Source of the DNA: Octopus sinensis
Lineage: Eukaryota
Direction: 5' to 3'
Length of the DNA: 7,937 nt
Assembly: GCF_006345805.1 (NCBI RefSeq)
Contig: NW_021828645.1
Span: 1 to 7,937, forward strand
Positions 1 through 6,339 of the stretch are shown here, one piece after another. Below the pieces are notes generated by a model. It was not told the DNA's origin. It saw only the letters and a list, made by a program, of their open reading frames with translations, and did not search any database. The stretch's first letter is position 1, and every line of letters begins with the position of its first letter. The position numbers and the translations under genes were made by a program.

Positions 1-1
1 A

Positions 2-427
2 TACTCTTTACTCTTTTACTTGTTTCACAGTCATTTGACTGCGGCCGTGCTGGAGCACCACCTTTTTTAGTCGATCAAATCGACCCCATGACTTATTCCT
101 TGTAAGCCTAGTAGTTATTCTATCGGTCGCTTTTGCTGAACCGCTAAGTTACGGGGACGTAAACACATCAGCATCGGTTGTCAAGCGATGTTGGGGAGAC
201 AAACACAGACACAAACATATACACACACATGCACACACATATATATATATATACATATATATATATATTACGACGGGCCTCTTTCAGTTTCCGCTTACCA
301 AATCCACTCACAAGGCTTTGGTCTGCCCGAGGCTATAGTATAAGTCACTTGCCCAAGGTGCCACGCTGTGGGACTGAACCCGGAACCATGTGGTTGGTAA
401 GCTAGCTACTTACTATACAGCTACACA
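2..427 (-). mobile_element. tRNA-derived SINE, family A, near full length, with internal (CA)/(TA) microsatellite
   Basis: Minus strand begins TGTGTAGCTGTATAGTAAGTAGCTAGCTTACCAACCACATGGTTCCGGGTTCAGTCCC. A-box-like TAGCTGTATAG at plus 413-423; B-box-like GGTTCAGTCCC at plus 370-380. Then ACCTTGGGCAAGTGACTTA (341-359), an internal microsatellite at ~199-268, and a 3' tail ending in AAGTAAAAGAGTAAAGAGTA. A second copy of the 3' part lies at 7828-7937. It resembles my memory of an abundant Octopus SINE; I cannot assign it to the named OK/OR1/OR2 families without an alignment. Confidence 0.9.
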
Positions 428-635
428 GAATTAGTTCAAGAAATTTGAATTAGAGCATTTTATACGTTATGTCCGCTCACGCTTGCAGCCTCTCACACCT
501 TACATATATATTTATGTAGAAATATATCCCATACGAATATATCTTATTCCTCCTCCACCTCCTCCGCACTGTATTCCGACTCACACATATTATCAACAAT
601 ACAATTACCACTGCTGTCAGTACTCTGATCAGAAA

Positions 636-678
<43 letters not shown>

Positions 679-941
679 GCTACTACTGACTACTACTTAC
701 TACTACTACTACTACTACTCACTACTAACTACTACTACTGTGCTACTACTGCTACTACTACTACTACTACTACTACACTACTACTGTCTACTACTACCTA
801 CTACGACTACTACTACTAACTGCTACTACTACTACTACTACTTACTCTACTACTACTACTGCTACTGCTACTACTACTTACTACTACTGCTACTACTACT
901 ACTACTACTACTGCTACTGCTACTGCTGCAGCTGCTGCTGC
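636..941. repeat. Compound trinucleotide microsatellite (ACT)n grading into (GCT)n
   Basis: Direct reading: long ACTACT... run with scattered variants, ending in CTGCTGCAGCTGCTGCTG. It explains the poly-Y/L/T/S ORFs at 483-1018. Confidence 0.97.
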
Positions 942-947
942 CACAAG

Positions 948-1141
948 TATTTGTTTCAATTTTGGCACACGGCCAGAAATTACTGCATCGATTGCAGGGT
1001 TCAACCGTTGCTTCATAGACTTTGAAAGGGATGAAAAGCCAAGTCGACGAACTCGGCGGGATTTGAACTCAGAACGTAAAGACGGTTAAAATGGCGCTAA
1101 GTATTTTGTCCGGAGAGCCAACGATTTTGCCAACTGGACGC
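948..1141 (-). mobile_element. tRNA-derived SINE, family B, diverged copy with alternative 3' tail
   Basis: Minus strand reads GCGTCCAGTTGGCAAAATCGTTGG...TACGTTCTGAGTTCAAATCCCGCCGAG...GACTTGGCTTTTCATCC. This aligns by eye with 6650-6760 plus (AGCTGGCAGAAACGTTAG...TACGTTCTGAGTTCAAATCCGCCGAGGTTGACTTTGCCTTTCATCC). B box GAGTTCAAATCC at plus 1059-1070. The tail ends ATTTCTGGCCGTGTGCCAAAATTGAAACAAATA. Confidence 0.85.
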
Positions 1142-1150
1142 TTTCTTTAG

Positions 1151-1232
1151 CATTACTACCAGAGCGACAGTGACGAGATAGCTACTACCACAATGATCCC
1201 CACCACCACAAACACCACTACCAACAATAACA
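1151..1232. repeat. Degenerate (CAC/AAC/TAC) trinucleotide tract
   Basis: CATTACTACC...GCTACTACCACAAT...CACCACCACAAACACCACTACCAACAATAAC, lying between two SINEs. Confidence 0.7.
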
Positions 1233-1237
1233 GTGAA

Positions 1238-1414
1238 GGCGCAATGGCCCAGTGGTTGGGACAGCGGACACGTGATCGTAAGAACGCGGTTTTGATTCCC
1301 AGACCGGGTATTGTGAATGTTTATTGAGCACAAACACCTAAGCTCCACGAGGCTCCGGCGCGGTGGGGCTGAACCCCGCTGTACTCTTTCATCACAAATT
1401 TCTCTCACTCTTTC
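1238..1414 (+). mobile_element. tRNA-derived SINE, family C, probably 3'-truncated
   Basis: GGCGCAATGGCCCAGTGGTT with A box TGGCCCAGTGG (1245-1255) and degenerate B box GGTTTTGATTCCC (1288-1300), followed by AGACCGGG. The head aligns with the head of the element at 5273. The 3' boundary is uncertain. Confidence 0.75.
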
Positions 1415-1709
1415 ATCCTACTTCTGCCACGAATATGAGGAACCATGGTGTAACCCACTATGGTGTGGTAAAACTTTCAGACCCTAGTCTAGATTGCGAA
1501 TCCTCTGTACCCCAGGATAGTTCAGCTCTCCACGCGTTAAAAGCCACCGTTTACGGAATGAGGATAACAACGTAGCTTTCGCGCCCGTGCAAGCGCCAGT
1601 CTATCGCGTGTAGTGGACGGATCTTCAAGTTGCCACATGCATTCTTAGTAGCTTAGAGTAGGCTCGAATTAGAGATTATTCTTTGTGGCTAGTGGCGTGA
1701 GCCCTGATT

Positions 1710-1929
1710 GGAGGAGGAGGAGGAGGAGGAAAAAGAAGAAGAAGAAGAAGAAGAAGGAGGAGGAGGAGGTGGAAGAAGAAGAAGAAAAAGAAGAAATAGG
1801 AGAAGAAGGAGAAGAAAGAGGAGAAGGAGGAAGAAGAAGAAGAAGGACAACAAGAAGGAGAAGGAGAAGAAGAAGGAGAAAAAGAAGAAGACGATGACGA
1901 CGACGACAACAACAACAACAACAACAACA
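1710..1929. repeat. Compound trinucleotide tract (GAG)/(GAA) then (GAC) then (AAC); polypurine to ~1890
   Basis: Direct reading. It explains all ORFs at 1669-2061 (poly-E/R/K/L/S/F/P). Confidence 0.97.
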
Positions 1930-2074
1930 TTCAACTAACTCCACTAACATGACCCCACGATCATCAGAAATCTCTATCGTGATGAACGCCACCAACATAA
2001 TCACTAACAGACCCCACCACACCAACAATAAACCCCTACCACCACCAACGACAACCAGCAAACACCAGAAGCAC

Positions 2075-2109
<35 letters not shown>

Positions 2110-2110
2110 C
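1930..2110. repeat. Degenerate (CAC/AAC) tract ending in (CAT)10
   Basis: ACCAAC/CCACCA-rich sequence followed by a perfect (CAT)10 at 2078-2107. Confidence 0.75.
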
Positions 2111-2177
2111 TTGCAGGATAATCAGTAGAAAAATTTAATAAAATCTTGTCCTGCGCACACTCGCTCCACAGTCTAAA

Positions 2178-2275
2178 CTCTCTTTCTCACCAACGTCACT
2201 TTTTCTCTCTCTCTCTCTCTGTCTGTCCCCCTTTCTTTCTCTCCCTCCCTCTCCCTCTCTCGCTCTCAGTCTCTT
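2178..2275. repeat. (CT)n / polypyrimidine tract
   Basis: CTCTCTTTCTC...TTTTTCTCTCTCTCTCTCTCT...CTCCCTCCCTCTCCCTCTCT. Confidence 0.9.
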
Positions 2276-2615
2276 ACTAACCCACCCAGGCAGCTCTTGT
2301 AAACCTATACAATATGACCAATAAAAATACTTCTTGCCCACCGTTCATTCTCCCGAGTCATTATAGTATTTATTGCTTTATAGCAAATATATAATACCCG
2401 CTTCGTTAGGTTATTAAACCTCTCTCTACCATCCTTGGTTTATTTTATCTTCAGCTATTTCCGTGTGGTTTGAAATATCAACCCTTATGGTTTTATAATA
2501 TGGTTTATGAAAATTCTTGACGATTAGCTAACAAATCATTTTACGACATTTTTTTTTTGTTGGCATTTAGGTTTGTATACGGCGTCTGAAGGGGAGGAAT
2601 GTCTATATTTGTGGA

Positions 2616-2733
2616 TGTGTGTGTGTGTGTGTGTGTGAGTATGTGTGTGAGTATGTGTGTATATGTGCGTTTATCTATATCTAAGTCTCTCTCTATTTCT
2701 CTCCCTACACACACACACACGCCCGCGCACATA

Positions 2734-2791
<58 letters not shown>

Positions 2792-2800
2792 TGTATGTAT
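2616..2800. repeat. Compound (GT)n-(CA)n-(TA)n-(ATGT)9 microsatellite
   Basis: Direct reading; perfect (ATGT)9 at 2763-2798. Confidence 0.95.
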
Positions 2801-2954
2801 ATCGCTTCTATTTTTTAATTTCGTATTATAAATCTTCAACTGAGGAGGGTGCCGGATTCAAACAAAGATACAGGGTCCCATCTTTGGAATGTAGTTAACA
2901 CAGACAATTTCACATTTGGAACTTGAGTAAAGTTTTGCATATTATTGTTTCATT

Positions 2955-2969
2955 ATGTATGCATGTATG

Positions 2970-3003
<34 letters not shown>

Positions 3004-3115
3004 TGTATGTATGTATGTATGTATGTATAGGCTTTTATATGTTCATTCATATACATATATAAATATATATATATAATATATTTATATATATATGTGTGTG
3101 TGTGTGTGTGAGTGT
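2955..3115. repeat. Compound (ATGT)n-(TA)n-(GT)n microsatellite
   Basis: Perfect (ATGT)13 at 2975-3026, then TA and GT runs. Confidence 0.95.
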
Positions 3116-3629
3116 ATGTTTAAAGGCAAGTAGAATTAGCGGTTATAATAATCGACTAAGGAATAAAATATACGTATATACTATCGGTATCAGTTACCCG
3201 TGTGATCTCAGGGCATGGGTATGCAGGTACACCATGCTCTTAGAGTACAGGTAACAACAGAATAAACAAAATTTTATCAGGAATCAAATATAAAAAATCA
3301 GAAAATAGAGAAAAACTCAGATCAACAAACAAAGCAATTCGACCACATCTATAGCTTATTATTTAATACAAAACACGACATAACATTTATGTGACATAAC
3401 AATTCTTACGGCCGTTTCCGCATCCGATGCCAGTCAGTGCCTACTAAAGAATTGCGAAAGTAATATTCTTCATCTGCATAGGATATTCGAACTTGAACAT
3501 GGAGCTTCATCAGAGTGAATACAAAAGCGTCCAAAATAAACAAAGTGAAGAGGGATTAGGAAAGAAAACATGGCCTAGCGAAGAAGTCTTGAGGCATAAT
3601 ATATTAAATCGTGCAATTTTCCATCATAG

Positions 3630-3720
3630 GGCCTGGAAGTCCGTAGCAATGGTCTAGGAAAATTTTTTCGGGTTATTTCGATAGAAAGGGGAAACCAAGA
3701 TGTTTCAAAATTTCTTCAAA
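3630..3720 (+). CDS. Weak candidate internal coding exon, 91 nt (GLEVRSNGLGKFFRVISIERGNQDVSKFLQ)
   Basis: Acceptor-like TTTTCCATCATAG|G (AG at 3628-3629) and donor-like AAA|GTAAGC (GT at 3721-3722). Only one frame is open, and it gives non-repetitive, protein-like composition. No homologue is recognised, and such a configuration can arise by chance. Confidence 0.2.
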
Positions 3721-3807
3721 GTAAGCTATTAACCACGTCTAAAGTAGTGGAGTAGATTAATTAATTCATTTCTCGTAAACTATTTATTTCAGTCAGTCAA
3801 GAAGAAA

Positions 3808-3925
3808 TATACATATACATACATACATATATACATATCCATCCATCAATCAATCCATACATACATACATACATACATACATACATACATACATACATAC
3901 ATACATACATACATACATACGTACG

Positions 3926-3958
<33 letters not shown>

Positions 3959-3985
3959 GCAAACATACATATACACACTCACGCA
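3808..3985. repeat. (ACAT)n tetranucleotide microsatellite with (CCAT)/(CAAT)/(ACGT) variants
   Basis: Perfect (ACAT)15 at 3859-3918. Confidence 0.95.
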
Positions 3986-4022
3986 CATTTATGTATAAAA
4001 CACTTTGTTTATATTATTAATA

Positions 4023-4894
4023 CTAGCATTAAAGACCCGTCGTTGCCGGGTCATAGTGCTAGTGCATGTATATATGTGTATATATATGTGTACATATTAC
4101 ATGTACATCTATATATATATACTAATACACATAAAGTGCAAAATACAAAGTTATATCTTGATATCGCTAGTGATAACAATACTCAAAATATATAACAGAC
4201 TGGAATTGTTAGCTCTTCTTTTTTCTCTACATTGTATACTTTATAGACAATAGTCTTTTCTTTAATTTGATTTTTTATTATCCATCTGGACTATTCCATT
4301 TCTGCACGCTAATTTTATTTTTGACTTATTCCCATTCATGTGAAACCACTTATTCAAGTTCAAGTCATTGATGCAATTTTATACCAATTGCTATTTTGAC
4401 TTTTGTTATGTTACGATTATATTATACTTTAGTTTGATTTTAATTATTACTTATTACATATAATTCAATTGTTATTATTATTGTTAAAGTTAAAGTGAAA
4501 GCATCTGACATAAAATAGAGAAGTATTTTTGTTTCACTTTTAACACGTAATACTGAAATAGTGGAGAAGATATGAAATTGCTATGGGCTCGCTCTAGGCA
4601 AGAATTTGAACATTTTTCCCCATTAAACTACATGGACCCTAAGTAAAGAATGTGTAAAATTTGAATGAAATTGGTTGTGTAGTTCTTAAGTTTTAGGGAA
4701 TCGTAGTGGAGAAGATATGATATTACTGTGGGCTCACCCTAGGCAAAAAGTTAAAAAATGTTTTGCCGATGACACTCCCCGGACATTAAGTAAGGCATGT
4801 GTAAAATTTGAATGAAATTGGTTGTGTATTTCTCAAGTTTTAGGGAAACACACAGACAGACAGACACACATTCTCAGTTTTATATATATAAAGA
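4023..4894 (-). mobile_element. Non-autonomous Helitron (rolling-circle element) H1, 872 bp
   Basis: On the minus strand the 5' end is A|TCTTTATATATATAAAACTGAGAATGTGTGTCTGTCTGTCTG (TC at plus 4894-4893). The 3' end is GACCCG-GCAACGA-CGGGTC, a 7-nt spacer, then CTAG|T (CTAG at 4023-4026). This matches the established Helitron signature (5' TC, subterminal hairpin, 3' CTRR, inserted between A and T, no TSD). No Rep/helicase ORF. It could be a composite of two pieces. Confidence 0.8.
4559..4847. repeat. Tandem dimer of a ~145-bp unit inside Helitron H1
   Basis: Units start TAGTGGAGAAGATATGA at 4559 and 4704, and both end TGTGTAAAATTTGAATGAAATTGGTTGTGTA...AAGTTTTAGGGAA (4700 and 4847). The middles are more diverged. 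Confidence 0.92.
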
Positions 4895-5142
4895 TTACTT
4901 ACATTCTTCATTATTTACGCATATATTATATACAGTTTCGTGAATGATATTAGCATATAATACATGATATATGCATACAAACATACATACATGCATATAT
5001 ATATATATATTTGAGTAGTTGAATGAATTATCTTGTTATGGATAATTCGGTTAACCGATACCTGGTTAGCAAATTCACATAAGAGAAGACACGTTTGAAG
5101 TTACGTGCTTTCGTGTGGTTTTCAACTCCATTCTTTCATATA

Positions 5143-5145
5143 TTT

Positions 5146-5177
<32 letters not shown>

Positions 5178-5241
5178 TGAGAGACAGATAGAGCTGTATG
5201 TATGTGTATCAATGTACCTGTATATATGCATGGATATGTAT

Positions 5242-5272
<31 letters not shown>
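5143..5272. repeat. (TA)n-rich microsatellite 5' of SINE D
   Basis: Direct reading. Confidence 0.9.
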
Positions 5273-5610
5273 GGCGCATGGCTCAGTGGTTAGAGCGTCG
5301 AGCTTACGATCGTGAGGTTGTGAGCTCGAATCCCGGACCGGGCTGCGTGTTGTGTTCTCGAGCAAGGCACTTTATTTTCAAGTTGCTCCAGTTCACTCAG
5401 ATGTAGAAATGAGTTGCGACGTCACTGGTGCCAAGCTGTATCGGCCTTTGTCTTTCCCTTGGATAACACTGGTGGCGTGCAGAGGGGAAGCTGTATGCAT
5501 GGGCGACTGCGGGGTCTTCCATAAACAACCTTGCCCGGACTTGTGTCTAGGAGGGAACTTTCTAGGTGCAATCCCATGGTCATTCATGACCGAAGGGGGT
5601 CTTTACCCTT
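5273..5610 (+). mobile_element. tRNA-derived SINE, family D, apparently full length, inserted in (TA)n
   Basis: GGCGCATGGCTCAGTGGTTAGAGCG with A box TGGCTCAGTGG (5279-5289) and B-box-like GAGCTCGAATCCC (5322-5334). Post-tRNA box TTCTCGAGCAAGGCACTTTA (5355-5374). The 3' end has hairpin GGTCA-TTCA-TGACC (5578-5591) then GAAGGGGGTCTTTACCCTT. Both flanks are (TA)n. Confidence 0.88.
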
Positions 5611-5616
5611 CATATA

Positions 5617-5666
<50 letters not shown>

Positions 5667-5760
5667 ATATATATATACATATATATATGCACATACTTAT
5701 ATGGTGTGTGTAGTGTGTGAGCGCGTGTGAATGTGTGTGTCTGTATGTGTGAGTGTGTGT
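5611..5760. repeat. (TA)n then degenerate (GT)n microsatellite
   Basis: Direct reading; explains the poly-YI ORFs. Confidence 0.93.
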
Positions 5761-5853
5761 TGTCAAATAATTAACACTCTCTCAAGTGACATGATTGCAG
5801 TGACGATGCTAAGTGGAAACTGAATAAGAAAATGTGAGATGGGCGTGTTGTGG

Positions 5854-5855
<2 letters not shown>

Positions 5856-5893
<38 letters not shown>

Positions 5894-5930
5894 CGTGTGT
5901 GTGTGTGTGTGTGCGCGCGCGTGCGTGTAT
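5856..5930. repeat. (GT)n/(GC)n alternating purine-pyrimidine tract, 75 nt
   Basis: Uninterrupted R/Y alternation from 5856 to 5930, including GTGCGCGCGCGTGCGT. Confidence 0.93.
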
Positions 5931-6229
5931 CTCTATATATGCGTCTGTTCTCGGCTGATGTAGTGAATCTTCGAGGGAGTGGGGACAGACTACGAAGTTA
6001 AATGAATGGAAATGATAGAAAGAGAAATGGGTAAGTTATATATTGCATTGCTAGAAAGTAAAATGGGGGGGGGGGAGAATTAAAACACGTGTGAGATAGA
6101 TGCGGTTGATGTTCAGTATGACATGCTGTATACAGTCTGAAGTGTTTGGGTTCGGCTAAGCGGTCATTTTTTTCACCTCAGGCAGTAAATACGGCTTGGT
6201 GACACCCTATCGTTGTAATCCGCGGTGCA

Positions 6230-6294
6230 GGTTGTGGTGATGATAATGATAATGATCATGATGCCGATGACGACGACGACGACAATGATGATGG

Positions 6295-6339
<45 letters not shown>

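Noticed and set aside
2178-2293. Long polypyrimidine tract, CAG at 2267-2269 and TACTAAC branch-point match at 2275-2281 as a 3' splice site
   Set aside because: The order is wrong (the branch point lies after the tract), downstream frames close quickly, and the tract is an ordinary CT microsatellite.
3406-3657. Short antiparallel ORFs: plus 3499-3657 (52 aa, MELHQSEYKS...) and minus 3406-3510 (34 aa, MKLHVQVRIS..., with a GTAAGA donor-like site at 3409)
   Set aside because: They are short, have no recognisable homology, and are of a length expected by chance. They are mutually competing interpretations with no independent support.
4559-4847. Tandem units (also 7316-7508 and 6269-6397) as a CRISPR array
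   Set aside because: There is no repeat-spacer alternation and no cas genes, and the context is eukaryotic.
5273-5345. SINE heads (also 1238-1308, 6650-6735, 365-427) as functional tRNA genes
   Set aside because: A and B boxes are present, but acceptor and anticodon stems do not pair properly and each head continues into a SINE body.
5964-6036. Perfect donor site TGG|GTAAGT at 6030/6031 with an upstream AG at 5962-5963
   Set aside because: All three frames of the implied 67-nt exon contain stops and the acceptor is weak. A non-coding exon cannot be excluded but is unsupported.
6065-6075. G11 homopolymer as a G-quadruplex or regulatory site
   Set aside because: It is a single short run without the additional G-tracts or context needed to support a function.
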